Source: Phycisphaerae bacterium
Lineage (GTDB): Bacteria; Planctomycetota; Phycisphaerae; Sedimentisphaerales; Anaerobacaceae
Direction: 5' to 3'
Assembly: GCA_021736645.1 (NCBI GenBank)
Contig: JAIPFM010000051.1
Location: forward strand, 2,513 to 66,512
DNA length: 64,000 nt
Part shown: positions 1 through 10,657 of the stretch, piece by piece
Layout of the letters: each line of letters opens with the position of its first letter
How positions within the stretch are numbered: the stretch's first letter is position 1
Translations under genes and position numbers: made by a program
Notes under the pieces: model-generated
What the model was told of the DNA's origin: nothing
What the model saw: the letters and a program-made list of their open reading frames with translations, nothing else
Database searches by the model: none

Positions 1-2
1 CA

Positions 3-224
3 TTTCGGTTGCGATTTCCAACGGTCATCTACTATAAACCCAAATCAGGCCAGGAACCTCAGGCCGGCGATAGCGGGTCCAGCCTGCTGTGCGACGAGAA
101 ATTAGTAGGCATGCACTTCGGATTGACTGGAAGCGGGTTCGGTGTGGCCATGTTTGCCCGCGATATATTTCGGCAGTCAATCTTTAGCCGCGAAATCGAA
201 TTGGTGTCTGACCACAATCTCTAA
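3..224 (+). CDS. C-terminal fragment (5' end outside window) of a trypsin-like (S1 family) serine peptidase
   Basis: The frame is open from the window edge. 'GDSGSSLLCDEKLVGMHFG' resembles the chymotrypsin-family GDSGGP active-site Ser motif followed by the 'VGI.SWG' region. Confidence 0.45.
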   Translation, partial: FRLRFPTVIYYKPKSGQEPQAGDSGSSLLCDEKLVGMHFGLTGSGFGVAMFARDIFRQSIFSREIELVSDHNL

Positions 225-529
225 TTCACTCAGCCCTTCACACCCTGCAATTTTGTGGTGAGGTCCTGCCTTTCAAAAACCAGTTCTGAGGCGTGACAAA
301 GAAAACCGTGCGTAGTCTTCTCAGTGCAATACATGGGTCATTACAGGATGTCCAAAATCTGCAGAGGCCATCAAGGTTGCGCCGCTGAAGACGATTGTCA
401 AGTCTGCAGAGAAGCGGAATAAGAAGGTGAAAGACCGGGTAGACAATGCCGAGCAATGGTCAGGAAGCACACTACGATTGCTGGAAAGGTCTCTTTGAAA
501 CCTGACCAACTCAGAGTACTTTTGGATCC

Positions 530-1576
530 GTGAACAGGAGTGTTTGTATTATGTTCAATCACTTTGTGGCCTTTTGGAATCTGGAAAATCTGTTCGCCCC
601 TGAGGGCTTTGCACAGCGAGAGCCATGGATTGCTCAACAAATGGCCTCGGATCTGTCCGGTTGGACCCAGGCACTTTTTGAGATCAAGATTGATCAACTG
701 GTGTCAATCATCCGACAAATGAACGGCCACCAGGGCCCGGACATCCTCGGGGTCTGTGAGGCTGAAAATGCCTTTGTGCTGGAGCAATTGACGGCACGCC
801 TGAACGGGCAAATCAACAGCCGAACCTATGCTGTGGCGCATGTGGACTCAACCCTGGACTTCAGAGGCATAGATACCGCTTTTGTGTATGACGCTTCAAG
901 GTACGAGGTTGATCCGAACGCGATCTTTTCTCACTTCGTGATGCGGCGCACGGGAACCCGTGACATCACGCAGATCACACTCACAACCCCGGGGGGCAGC
1001 GAACTCATTGTGCTGTGCAACCATTGGCCGTCTCGAAGCGGCGGGGCCTATGAAAGCCGGGGGTATCGTATGACTGCCGGGGAAACCCTTTCATACTGGC
1101 ACCAGCGAATCTGGGAGGAGAAAGGCAACACCCAGCCGATCATTGCGATGGGTGACTTCAATGATGATCCCTTTGACGAGTCCATTCAGATCCATGCGCG
1201 TGCGACCCGGGAGCGAGGCGATGTGGAGCGCGTGCAGACCGCAGTTCGCTTCTACAACCTGGCGTGGCACTATCTGGAACAACAGGGCCAGGACTGCCAG
1301 GGAAATCCAAAGCACTTGCATGGCACCCTCTATCATCAGGGCGACGGTTACGTGTTTGATCAGCTTTTTGTGTCCAAGGGACTCGTGATGCGAAGCAGCC
1401 CGATCACGGTGCTTGAGGACACGGCCAGGATTGAAATGTTCCCTGAGATGGTCGACCACAGGGTCTCGCAGGGGCCCAAGCGCTTTGGCCTGCCCAAGGG
1501 GAATGCCTCACAGAATGTAGAGACCGATGGTTTCAGCGACCATTTTCCAGTGTCCGTTGTGATCCAGGAACAATGA
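530..1576 (+). CDS. endonuclease/exonuclease/phosphatase (EEP) family protein
   Basis: Has an N-terminal 'FWNLENLF' motif and a C-terminal '[10 protein letters not shown]' motif, both typical of the EEP fold. The true start may be the Met at 551. Confidence 0.8.
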   Translation: MNRSVCIMFNHFVAFWNLENLFAPEGFAQREPWIAQQMASDLSGWTQALFEIKIDQLVSIIRQMNGHQGPDILGVCEAENAFVLEQLTARLNGQINSRTYAVAHVDSTLDFRGIDTAFVYDASRYEVDPNAIFSHFVMRRTGTRDITQITLTTPGGSELIVLCNHWPSRSGGAYESRGYRMTAGETLSYWHQRIWEEKGNTQPIIAMGDFNDDPFDESIQIHARATRERGDVERVQTAVRFYNLAWHYLEQQGQDCQGNPKHLHGTLYHQGDGYVFDQLFVSKGLVMRSSPITVLEDTARIEMFPEMVDHRVSQGPKRFGLPKGNASQNVETDGFSDHFPVSVVIQEQ

Positions 1577-1644
1577 GTCCACACGGACAATACAGTATCG
1601 CTCAGGGCGACAAAGCAATCCGAACAGATTGACGCACCCACCCG

Positions 1645-2898
1645 CTAAGGGTTCATCCCCCCGGGAAACATCAACTCACTTGAAATGGTGGTGTCGCGAT
1701 CATCTGTGACCGTGACAAAACAAATCACCGTGTGTTCAGGGGGCGGATCTGCGATCACCTGATTTTCAAGGAGGGTGGCAGGCTTCTCTACCCACGTGCG
1801 CTGTTTGGGATCACCGGGGAGTGTGTCCAGTGTATAATACAGGTGTGCGCGGACCAGTCTGGTTTCTGTGATTACAGGTGCTGTGACCTGCGTTTTCGTC
1901 AGAGTTGCAGAGGGAATCCGGGCAAGGGGAAGTCCCTGCCTGAGGTGATGATCCATGAAAACCTCGATGGCCTTGGGACGGTCAAAGATGTGTCCGTGGC
2001 TCAGTGTTGGAGAGAATCGAATGGTCCTTGGGGACTGTACCAGTGAATAGGTCCTGGCAAAGCTGTCCGGCGGGTAGGCAAAGTCCGTGCCGCCATTGAC
2101 AAACAGCATGGGCATCACGGCTGACCCCACATAGCGCGAAGGGTCCCAGAGCTGCACCCATTTTGCCTTGTTCTGGGGTGACATCTCTGCAAATTGAGCC
2201 AGCCAGCAACTGTTCACATGGAGGAATCCGCAGCCGTAGACAGGCACGGCTGCTGCAAAGCGGCTGTCCAATCCTGCCGCAATACAGGTGAGGTAGCCGC
2301 CCCAACTGATCCCAGTGAGCGCGGTTCGCTCAGGATCCACCTCCGGGAAGGCGAGGATCAAGGAATGGGCCTTAATCACATTGGCCACGGCATGATAAGT
2401 CCACTGGTCGGTGACGGGCTGGTCAATCGCGCCAAACTTGGTCTGGTCGCTCTGATCCGGACCGCCGTTGTCCAGTCGCGTCTTGCCGGGGCCGCACCCT
2501 GCCAGATCCATGGCAATGGCAGCATAGCCGCGTGCGGCCCACAGTGTCACCCACGGACTGAAAGCCTGTCCACCGCCTCCGTGGACCAGGACGATCGCTG
2601 GCAGGTTCTTGTCCAGTGTTGGATCGCCTGCCAGAGACCCTGGTGTGGCATAATAGGCGAACACGCGTGTGGGTTTGCCCTTATAGGGTTCGCCTGTGTA
2701 ATACAGGGATCGAACTTCCGTGCCGTCGGCCCATTCATGCACAGGGGCGTGACTCAGTGCATCAAGGTCCCAAGGCGTGCTTTCAGGCAGAGATTCCGCA
2801 CGCTGAATCTGACACCTGTCGCCCCCCAGGGCAATCTGTGAACTCAACGCAGCCAGGACGATTGCGCCCAGCCAACAACGCCAATGTTTTGTGATCAT
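1645..2898 (-). CDS. secreted alpha/beta-hydrolase (acetyl-xylan-esterase / dienelactone-hydrolase-like)
   Basis: Signal peptide present. 'LVHGGGG' oxyanion region and 'GISWGG' nucleophile elbow (GxSxG). Confidence 0.7.
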   Translation of the reverse strand: MITKHWRCWLGAIVLAALSSQIALGGDRCQIQRAESLPESTPWDLDALSHAPVHEWADGTEVRSLYYTGEPYKGKPTRVFAYYATPGSLAGDPTLDKNLPAIVLVHGGGGQAFSPWVTLWAARGYAAIAMDLAGCGPGKTRLDNGGPDQSDQTKFGAIDQPVTDQWTYHAVANVIKAHSLILAFPEVDPERTALTGISWGGYLTCIAAGLDSRFAAAVPVYGCGFLHVNSCWLAQFAEMSPQNKAKWVQLWDPSRYVGSAVMPMLFVNGGTDFAYPPDSFARTYSLVQSPRTIRFSPTLSHGHIFDRPKAIEVFMDHHLRQGLPLARIPSATLTKTQVTAPVITETRLVRAHLYYTLDTLPGDPKQRTWVEKPATLLENQVIADPPPEHTVICFVTVTDDRDTTISSELMFPGGMNP

Positions 2899-2930
2899 GG
2901 CCGCTCCTAAGACGCTCTAACGAAAGATTG

Positions 2931-4034
2931 TCAGACCTTTAAAAACACCTGTTTTTTGTACAGAAACCAGAGGAACAGCCACTCCACGATGACGACACTC
3001 ACGGTCAGCACGAACGGTTCCCAGTGGCCGGCTTTGGCGGCCACGCCGCCGAACAGGATGTGGGACGTGTGTTCAAAATCGATGAGACGTGTACCCATGT
3101 AGATGGTAATGGAGTTGAGGCCGATCACGCGCAGGACAAGTGATCCTTTCCGGAATTTCCACACGTCGATTACCCCGTAGAAGAGCGTGAGCAGGAGCAG
3201 GCTGATGCCGCCAGCCACGAGATTGAAGGTCGTGGTCCAGGCGGCCTTGATCAGGGGGTACCAGGGACTCAGTTCCTTGCCAAGCACAATAAAGGCCATG
3301 CCGCAGCCTGCGAGCATGGCCATTTTTGTTGGTGTCTCGAGTTTGTCATGTCTGAGCACGGATCCCGCCAATGATCCCATGAGGCAAAGGCCGCCCGCAG
3401 ACACAATGCAGAGCAGGCCTTCAGGGTCAAACTGGCCGCCGTACAGACGCCCGGGCAGGAACAACCGGTCGATGTAGCCATTGATGCATCCCTCAGGTGT
3501 GAGCACACCAGCCCCGTGACCTGGCACAGGCACAAACAATTGGAGTATGGCATACCCCACAAGCAGTCCCACGAGCCAGACGATCTGAGCCTTGACGCTC
3601 CTGAAAAAGAGGGTGATCAGGGCTGCGATCATGTAGGCCAGACCGACCTGGGCGAGCACACTGGCCACGCGCAGATTTCCGAAGTCCAGGTCCAACAGGC
3701 CATTGTACACCAGGCCGAGACCCACCAGCAGGCCGGCCCGTTTGAGGACCTTCAGGACGAGTCGGTTTCTGGGCTGGCCCTGTTCCAGTTTTCGCGTGAG
3801 CGCAAAGGGAATGGCGACACCCGCAATGAAGACAAACAACGGAAACACGAGGTCAAGGGCTTGAAAACCGGCCCAGGCCACGTGGTGCAATTGGTGAGAC
3901 CACCAGTGGGCCACAGGATTGTCCGTGACCCTGGCAAGTGCTGCGAAGATTTCCTCTCCGCCGATGATCCAGAACATGTCAAAGCCTCGCAGGGCATCCA
4001 GTGACAGGAGTCGTTGTTTTGCATCCAGGGACAT
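2931..4034 (-). CDS. DUF5009 / HGSNAT-like membrane acyltransferase (heparan-alpha-glucosaminide N-acetyltransferase-like)
   Basis: N-terminal 'RLLSLDALRGFDMFWIIGGE' motif followed by a polytopic membrane profile, typical of this family. Confidence 0.6.
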   Translation of the reverse strand: MSLDAKQRLLSLDALRGFDMFWIIGGEEIFAALARVTDNPVAHWWSHQLHHVAWAGFQALDLVFPLFVFIAGVAIPFALTRKLEQGQPRNRLVLKVLKRAGLLVGLGLVYNGLLDLDFGNLRVASVLAQVGLAYMIAALITLFFRSVKAQIVWLVGLLVGYAILQLFVPVPGHGAGVLTPEGCINGYIDRLFLPGRLYGGQFDPEGLLCIVSAGGLCLMGSLAGSVLRHDKLETPTKMAMLAGCGMAFIVLGKELSPWYPLIKAAWTTTFNLVAGGISLLLLTLFYGVIDVWKFRKGSLVLRVIGLNSITIYMGTRLIDFEHTSHILFGGVAAKAGHWEPFVLTVSVVIVEWLFLWFLYKKQVFLKV

Positions 4035-4060
4035 GGGGATTCACCTTTCTCAGAGAGTTG

Positions 4061-5539
4061 TCACGGTTCCACGTACAGGGCCAGTTCGCTGAGTGCCGGA
4101 CAGGCACCTGCCTGCGTGATACGAAGGCGCACCCTGGAGCTGGTGACGCGGTCCGTTCGGATCAGACGCCGGTTTCCGATACTGGTGCCTGTGGCAAATT
4201 CAACCCAGCGGCCGTCCTGCCAGCGATCCAGGGCAAAGGCCTCGATGCGCTGGCCCAGGGGCAGGTACTCGCGCAGACTCACCACGTTAAAGGTCATGGG
4301 TTTGCCCAGATCCAGGAGGAGCTCTGCTTTGGTGACATCGTCATCCGTGGCCCAGTAGGTCTCCCGGTCTTGATCCGTCACATTCTGTGGGCCAAATGAG
4401 GCAGCGTTCGCACGTGTCTGGCTGGCCGTGATGCTGGCATTCTGTGCCAGGTCTTTGGCAAAGGTCTGATCCAGGATCTGTCGGAACTTTGTGAGCGAAG
4501 CCACATCATTGTCATGGATCTGGCCGCGACGATCCGGGGGCAGATTCAGATTCAGGCACGCACCCCGTCCCACGGATTTGTAATAGATCTCCAGTAACTG
4601 GGCCGGGGTTTTGACTTGTGCATCCTGGCTGGCATGGTAGAACCAGCCCGGACGGATGGACACGTCACACTCAGGCGGTATCCAGTTTGCGCCTGGACGT
4701 TCGCCCTGGTTCAGGTTGGCCTTGGTATTGCCTGGCACGCCGTCCCCCACGTTAATGGTGGCCCAGCAGGGTTCACCGGCAAAGCCCCTCTCATTGCCCA
4801 CCCATCGGAAATCCGGGCCAACGTCACTGAACATACAGGCCATGGGCATCAAATCCCTGACGATCTTCCAGGTGTTGGGCCAGTCGTAAAAGGTGCGGTT
4901 GTCAATGCGCCGCATCTCCCGGGCGCCGCCGTAATAGCCGTCGCCGCCATTGGCCCCATCGAACCACACGGTGAACAGGTCACCATAGCTGGTGAGCAGT
5001 TCGCAGAGTTGGTTTCTGTAATAGGTGATATAGGCGGGCTTGCCATAGTCTGCATGGTTGCGGTCCCAGGGCGACAGATACAGACCGAATTTGAGACCCT
5101 GTTGTTTGCAGGCCTTGCTCAGTTCCCTGACCACATCGCCCTTGCCGTTCTTCCATGTGGAATTTTTGACACTGTGCTCCGTGTACTTGGAGGGCCACAG
5201 GCAGAAACCATCGTGGTGCTTGGCTGTGAGGATCAGGCCCTTCATGCCGCCGGCCTTGGCAGTCCGTGCAATCTGGTTGGCATCAAAATCTGTGGGATTG
5301 AAGACATTGGGTGATTCGTCGCCATAGCCCCATTCCTTATCTGTAAATGTATTCACAGTGAAATGAATGAAACCGTAGAACTCCATGTCATGCCACGCCA
5401 GTTGACGGGCTGTGGGGATTGGGCCAAAGGGGGCCGGTGCATTGGCCAGGCGTGTGGCTGAAAGGACCGCAGGTGAGAGGCCCAGGACTGTGCACCAGAC
5501 CGCTGTCATGATTAACAGGCGCTGTGGGATTTTCTTCAT
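4061..5539 (-). CDS. GH29 alpha-L-fucosidase with C-terminal F5/8-type-C-like domain
   Basis: Signal peptide; 'HHDGFCLWPSKYTEHSV' GH29 signature; C-terminal beta-sandwich region. Confidence 0.85.
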   Translation of the reverse strand: MKKIPQRLLIMTAVWCTVLGLSPAVLSATRLANAPAPFGPIPTARQLAWHDMEFYGFIHFTVNTFTDKEWGYGDESPNVFNPTDFDANQIARTAKAGGMKGLILTAKHHDGFCLWPSKYTEHSVKNSTWKNGKGDVVRELSKACKQQGLKFGLYLSPWDRNHADYGKPAYITYYRNQLCELLTSYGDLFTVWFDGANGGDGYYGGAREMRRIDNRTFYDWPNTWKIVRDLMPMACMFSDVGPDFRWVGNERGFAGEPCWATINVGDGVPGNTKANLNQGERPGANWIPPECDVSIRPGWFYHASQDAQVKTPAQLLEIYYKSVGRGACLNLNLPPDRRGQIHDNDVASLTKFRQILDQTFAKDLAQNASITASQTRANAASFGPQNVTDQDRETYWATDDDVTKAELLLDLGKPMTFNVVSLREYLPLGQRIEAFALDRWQDGRWVEFATGTSIGNRRLIRTDRVTSSRVRLRITQAGACPALSELALYVEP

Positions 5540-5741
5540 GGGTATTCTCCTAACCAGAGTTTCAAATGGACCGTACGAAACTCCATTCTAATACCAGGAA
5601 ATGGACTTTTGTGCAAGGCATTGGTTTTGTCCTTTTTTCATGGGATCATCGCTGTCGTCTTGAATCATATTGGTGGGAGTGGTATAACACGATCAGCAAA
5701 GGATATTGTATTGTCATGAACCCTGGTCAGGAGACTGCCGC

Positions 5742-7523
5742 ATGAGACATACCATGGCGTTGCTGTTATGCACAGGATTTGCATGGCTTTCCGGGGTGTC
5801 ATGTGACGGGGCAGTGTCTGAGGGGACAGATCTGTTGGCTGACACCTGGGTGGCCACGGATGCCCTGGGCCGAGAGGTTCCGGAGTATGCGGCATGTGGG
5901 CCTGTCAAGGCAGACAAGTGGGTGGGGCTCTTCTACTGGACCTGGCACATCCCCGGGCGCGGCGGTCCCTATGACAATACAAAGCTCCTGGCTCAGGCCC
6001 AGGGAAAACAGGTGGCGTGGCCCTCCGGATTGCATGCATCCCACCACTGGGGTGAGCCGGAACTGGGTTATTACCTCATGACCGATCCGTTTGTGATCCG
6101 CAAGCACGCCAGTATGCTGGCCGATGCCGGGATCGACGTGATCATCTTTGACACCACCAATTCGCCCTTTACCTGGAAGGAGGAGTATGAAGCCCTGTGC
6201 CGGGAATACACGACCATGCGGAGTGAAGGCACGGCAACGCCCAGCATCGCCTTTATTGCGCCTTTTGGTGATCCCCGGCCTGTGACAGATCAGCTTTGGC
6301 AGGACCTGTACAGGCCAGGCCTGTGGCGGGACCTGTGGTTTCAGTGGGAAGGCAAACCGCTGCTCCTGGCCAACAAGGACTACATCAAGGACAAGGCTCA
6401 ATTGGACTTCTTTACCTTCCGCCGTCCCATGCCGGACTACTGGATCGGCCCATCCGGCCCGGATCAGTGGAGCTGGCTCGAGGTATTTCCCCAGCACGTA
6501 TTCAAGAACAGCCGCGGTGACACAGAGCAGATGAGCGTGGGTGTGGCCCAAAATGCCCTGCCCGAGACGCCCGGGCCTGCACCCATGAGCCACAAGGCCG
6601 GCGCCATGGGACGATCCTGGCATCAGGGCAAAAAAGACGGCCGTGCAGGGGCCGTGAATCTCGGGCTCAACTTTGACGAGCAGTGGACGCGTGTGATGAC
6701 TGCAGATCCGAAATTCGTGTTTGTCACGGGCTGGAATGAGTGGATTGCAGGACGCTTTGTTCAGTGGAGTAAATACACGGATGCAGACTGTTATTTTCCT
6801 GGCGGCATGTTCGTGGATCAGTACAACCAAGAGTACAGCCGGGATTGCGAGCCCATGCGCGGCGGACACACGGATAACTACTATTATCAACTGGCCAGTT
6901 GGGTACGCCGTTTCAAGGGTGTACGTCCAAGGCCTGCGGCGACAGCACAACACGCTGTCAACATCGACGGGGCATTCGACGACTGGCTGGCAGTGACCCC
7001 CGAGTATCGAGATACCCTGGGTGACACGCTCCACAGAGACTTTCCGGGGTATGGGGATCTGGTGTATCGCAATGACACGGGACGCAATGACTTTGTTCAG
7101 GCCAGAGTGGCCCATGACAGAGACACACTGTCGTTTTATGTACAGACTCGGGATAAGATCACGCCGCACACCGATCCCCGGTGGATGCTCCTGCTGCTCG
7201 ATACAGATCAGAACGCAGGCACGGGCTGGCTCGGGTATGACTATGTCGTGAATCTCGAGGTACTCAGTGACACCAGAACGACCTTGAAGGCCTGGCAGGG
7301 CACGACGTGGAAAACCGTGGCCACGATGGCCTACCGCATGAGCGGCCGTGAGCTGGAATTGTCCATGCCCAGGGCCCTGATAAAAAAGGAACGTGGGCCA
7401 TTGTCCCTGGATTTTCACTGGGCCGACCATATCCGGAGTTTTGGTGACGTGTCGGAACTGGGACTCCATGGTGACAGTGCGCCCAATCGAAGATGGAATT
7501 ATCGTTATGAAACTGCAGAGTAA
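5742..7523 (+). CDS. secreted glycoside hydrolase, GH99-like (endo-alpha-mannosidase-like) TIM barrel plus C-terminal beta-sandwich
   Basis: Signal peptide. 'ELGYYLMTDPFVIRKHASMLADAGIDVIIFD' and 'VTGWNEWIAG' resemble the conserved GH99 blocks. Family assignment is tentative. Confidence 0.55.
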   Translation: MRHTMALLLCTGFAWLSGVSCDGAVSEGTDLLADTWVATDALGREVPEYAACGPVKADKWVGLFYWTWHIPGRGGPYDNTKLLAQAQGKQVAWPSGLHASHHWGEPELGYYLMTDPFVIRKHASMLADAGIDVIIFDTTNSPFTWKEEYEALCREYTTMRSEGTATPSIAFIAPFGDPRPVTDQLWQDLYRPGLWRDLWFQWEGKPLLLANKDYIKDKAQLDFFTFRRPMPDYWIGPSGPDQWSWLEVFPQHVFKNSRGDTEQMSVGVAQNALPETPGPAPMSHKAGAMGRSWHQGKKDGRAGAVNLGLNFDEQWTRVMTADPKFVFVTGWNEWIAGRFVQWSKYTDADCYFPGGMFVDQYNQEYSRDCEPMRGGHTDNYYYQLASWVRRFKGVRPRPAATAQHAVNIDGAFDDWLAVTPEYRDTLGDTLHRDFPGYGDLVYRNDTGRNDFVQARVAHDRDTLSFYVQTRDKITPHTDPRWMLLLLDTDQNAGTGWLGYDYVVNLEVLSDTRTTLKAWQGTTWKTVATMAYRMSGRELELSMPRALIKKERGPLSLDFHWADHIRSFGDVSELGLHGDSAPNRRWNYRYETAE

Positions 7524-7535
7524 GGAGTCAACGGA

Positions 7536-10500
7536 ATGCGTAAGACAATCTCGTTATGTGGTTTGATCTGTGTGGCAGGTCTGTGTGCGGGCGTCACGGC
7601 CCAGGACAAGCTTGTGACCTCTGCTCAGGTCCGACAGGTGTTTGCCGATCCCCCCAGGGAGTACAGTTCCGGGCCGCTCTGGGTGTGGAACGACAGGCTG
7701 ACGCCTGAGCAGATTGTCAGCACCCTGCAGGACATGGCAGGGCAGCACGTGAGGCAGGTGTTTGTCCATCCCAGGCCGGGCCTGATGACACCCTATCTGT
7801 CCGACGAGTGGTTTGACCTGTGGCGCGTGGCGTTAAAAGAAGCCGAGCGCCTGGACATGAATGTGTGGATCTATGACGAAAACTCGTATCCGTCGGGATT
7901 TGCGGGCGGCTTTGTGCCCAGGCTCATGCCCGAGGCCAGGGGCCGTGGCCTGATCATGCGTGACACGGAGACACCCAAATGGCAGGCCGGCACGCTGGCC
8001 GTGTTTCGCCTGGAAAATGGTGAGTCTCAGAATGTGAGCCAGGCAGTCAAGGCAGGTGAGGCAGTTGCGCCAGGCCAGTATCTGGTCGCTGAAATCCGGC
8101 GGGCCGACAACAAGGCCTGGAATGCAGGGGGGCCGTATGTCGATCTTCTGTATCCTGGTGTCACGGAGAAGTTCCTGGAGGTGACTCTGGAGGCCTATCG
8201 CCGCGAGGTCGGCGATCAGTTCGGCAAGCGTGTGCCTGGTTCTTTCACCGACGAACCGGAGCTTCAGCCGGCCGGGGGTTGGCCCTGGACAGAAGATCTG
8301 CCGGAACAGTTTGAAAAACAGTGGGGCTACAGCCTGATCGACCACCTGTCCAGTCTGACCCGAGAAGTGGGCGACTGGCGTACGGTGCGTCACAACTACT
8401 TTCAGACCGTCTTGACACTGTTCATTGAACGCTGGGCAAAACCCTACTATGAGTATTGCGAAAAGCACGATCTGGAATTTACAGGTCACTACTGGGAACA
8501 TGGATGGCCCGGGGCCCTGGGCGTACCTGACAACATGGCCATGGCTGCGTGGCAGCAGCGTCCGGGCATTGACACGCTCATGAACCAGTATGCTGAGAAC
8601 ACGCACGCCCAGTTCGGCAATATCCGGGCCTGCCGTGAGATTTCCAGTCTGGCCAATCAACTGGGGCGCGACCGCACGCTGGTGGAACTCTACGGCGCAG
8701 GCGGATGGGACCTGCGATTCGAGGATATGAAACGGATCGGCGACTGGCTCGAGGTTTTGGGTGTGAACACGCTCAATGAACACCTGTCGTACATCACACT
8801 GCGCGGTGCGCGCAAACGCGATCATCCCCAGTCCTTCTCCTATCACGAGCCGTGGTGGACCGATTACCATGTCATAGCCGATTACTTCACGCGTGTGACA
8901 GCGGCCATGACACAGGGCGAGCAGGTCAATCGAATCCTGGTTCTGGAACCCACGACCACGGCCTGGATGTACCAGGGCAATGCCAGGTTGAATACCATAG
9001 GCGACACCTTCTTCGATCTGCTCAAGAGACTGGAGGCTGCTCAGGTGGAATACGATCTGGGCTGTGAAAACACCATGGCGGATCACGGTTCTGTTCGCGG
9101 CAAGGAACTGGTCATAGGTCAGCGAAGCTATCCTGTGGTGGTCCTGCCCTCTGCTGTGGAGAACCTGGATAACAGCACATTTAGACTGTTGGAGCAATTT
9201 GTCAGGGCAGGCGGTACCGTGTATCGTGTGCTGCAGGGAAACACTGAAAAATGGCCGACCTTTATTGAGGGTAAGCCGTCTGGTCAGGCCCGGAGCCTGG
9301 CACAGGAATCCAATTGGAGGACGCTGCAGGCCGGAAACGCAGCGTCGGTTCTCAGTGGTTTGGACGCGGAAGATCACTTTGCCATTCGCAGGGCGGAGGG
9401 TGACACAGGCATCCTGTTTCATCATCGGCGTCTTCTGGCTGACGGTCAGATACTCTTTCTGGTCAACACCAGTGACACTGCATCCAGTTCAGGCACCATC
9501 GAATCTGATATGAAGGGTATCGAGCAGTGGGACCTGACGGCAGGTCACGCCATACCTTACAGATTTGACAAGACGGTTGCCGGCGTGAAGGCCCGGTTTA
9601 CACTGCAGCCCTGTGAAAGTCTGCTCCTGTTCCTTTCAGAGCAGGCCTGCGAGTCCAAACCCGCGGTCACTGAGACGGCCGTCCAGGTGGCTGCGTCCGG
9701 AACCGTGGCAGTGAGGCGTTCACATCCCAATGTGCTCACACTCGACTACGTGAACATCACAGCAGGCGGTGAAACGCGTGAGAACGTGTATGTGTACCAG
9801 GCCAACCAGTTTGCATTTCGAAAAAACGGCCTGGATCGAAATCCCTGGGACAGCGCAGTCCAGTACAAGGATGAACTCATCACACGCACGTTTCCACCGG
9901 GCAGCGGTTTTACAGCGACCTACGCGTTCACCATTGAAACCACCGTCCCTGAAAACCTGGCCATTGTGATTGAGCGCCCTGACCTGTACAGGATCACCTG
10001 TAATGGTGAACCTGTCGTGTGGGACAAAACACTGTGGTGGCTGGACAAGGCGTTCGGCAAGATGGCCATTGCGGATCTGGCAAAGACCGGACGTAATACA
10101 GTGACGCTTCAGGCCTCGCCCTTTACCATGTATCATGAACTGGAATCAGCGTACGTGCTGGGTGATTTTTCACTCAAGAACACGTCACAGGGATTTGTGA
10201 TCGCCTCGGATGCGTCCCTGACCGTGGCGCCCAACGGGTGGAATGAGCAGGGCCATCCCTTTTACAGCGCCGGTGTGGTCTATACCCAAGTCTTTGATGT
10301 CACCAGGCCTGTCGGCAGATACGAAGTGTCTGTGCCTGCCTGGTACGGGAGCACAGCACGCGTGAGCATCAACGGCCAGACGGCCGGCCGCCTCGTGGCC
10401 AGACCCTGGACCTGCGAGGTCACGAACTTCATCAAGGCCGGCCGAAACCGCATCCAGGTGGAGGTCATCGGCACCTTAAAAAACACGCTCGGCCCGCACC

Positions 10501-10643
10501 ACGGCAAACCAGGCCTGGGCACGGCCTGGCCCAGCATGTTCCATAACGGCCCGGAGCCGGGGCCTCCGCCGGGCAGCCAGTATCACACGGTGGCCTACGG
10601 ACTCTTCGAGCCATTTACATTAATACAGATCAAGCCGAAATAG
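7536..10643 (+). CDS. large secreted glycoside hydrolase (GH106-like / family uncertain) with C-terminal carbohydrate-binding-like domains
   Basis: Signal peptide; 1035 aa. N-terminal 'PLWVWNDRLT...VHPRPGL...IYDENSYPSGFAGG' block as seen in large Bacteroidetes/PVC glycosidases. Coding periodicity is strong. The AGGAG RBS lies at 7524-7528, 8 nt upstream of the ATG at 7536. Confidence 0.65.
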   Translation: MRKTISLCGLICVAGLCAGVTAQDKLVTSAQVRQVFADPPREYSSGPLWVWNDRLTPEQIVSTLQDMAGQHVRQVFVHPRPGLMTPYLSDEWFDLWRVALKEAERLDMNVWIYDENSYPSGFAGGFVPRLMPEARGRGLIMRDTETPKWQAGTLAVFRLENGESQNVSQAVKAGEAVAPGQYLVAEIRRADNKAWNAGGPYVDLLYPGVTEKFLEVTLEAYRREVGDQFGKRVPGSFTDEPELQPAGGWPWTEDLPEQFEKQWGYSLIDHLSSLTREVGDWRTVRHNYFQTVLTLFIERWAKPYYEYCEKHDLEFTGHYWEHGWPGALGVPDNMAMAAWQQRPGIDTLMNQYAENTHAQFGNIRACREISSLANQLGRDRTLVELYGAGGWDLRFEDMKRIGDWLEVLGVNTLNEHLSYITLRGARKRDHPQSFSYHEPWWTDYHVIADYFTRVTAAMTQGEQVNRILVLEPTTTAWMYQGNARLNTIGDTFFDLLKRLEAAQVEYDLGCENTMADHGSVRGKELVIGQRSYPVVVLPSAVENLDNSTFRLLEQFVRAGGTVYRVLQGNTEKWPTFIEGKPSGQARSLAQESNWRTLQAGNAASVLSGLDAEDHFAIRRAEGDTGILFHHRRLLADGQILFLVNTSDTASSSGTIESDMKGIEQWDLTAGHAIPYRFDKTVAGVKARFTLQPCESLLLFLSEQACESKPAVTETAVQVAASGTVAVRRSHPNVLTLDYVNITAGGETRENVYVYQANQFAFRKNGLDRNPWDSAVQYKDELITRTFPPGSGFTATYAFTIETTVPENLAIVIERPDLYRITCNGEPVVWDKTLWWLDKAFGKMAIADLAKTGRNTVTLQASPFTMYHELESAYVLGDFSLKNTSQGFVIASDASLTVAPNGWNEQGHPFYSAGVVYTQVFDVTRPVGRYEVSVPAWYGSTARVSINGQTAGRLVARPWTCEVTNFIKAGRNRIQVEVIGTLKNTLGPHHGKPGLGTAWPSMFHNGPEPGPPPGSQYHTVAYGLFEPFTLIQIKPK

Positions 10644-10657
10644 AGGCAGGGTGGGCC

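Noticed and set aside
5799-7469. 556-aa antisense ORF opposite the GH99-like gene
   Set aside because: High-GC genomes produce long stop-free antisense frames. The + strand ORF has a signal peptide and recognisable glycosidase blocks. The antisense product has no motifs and is Arg/Gly/Pro-rich.
7833-9425. 530-aa antisense ORF opposite the 1035-aa glycosidase
   Set aside because: Same reasoning: no domain signal, composition typical of a reverse-frame artefact.
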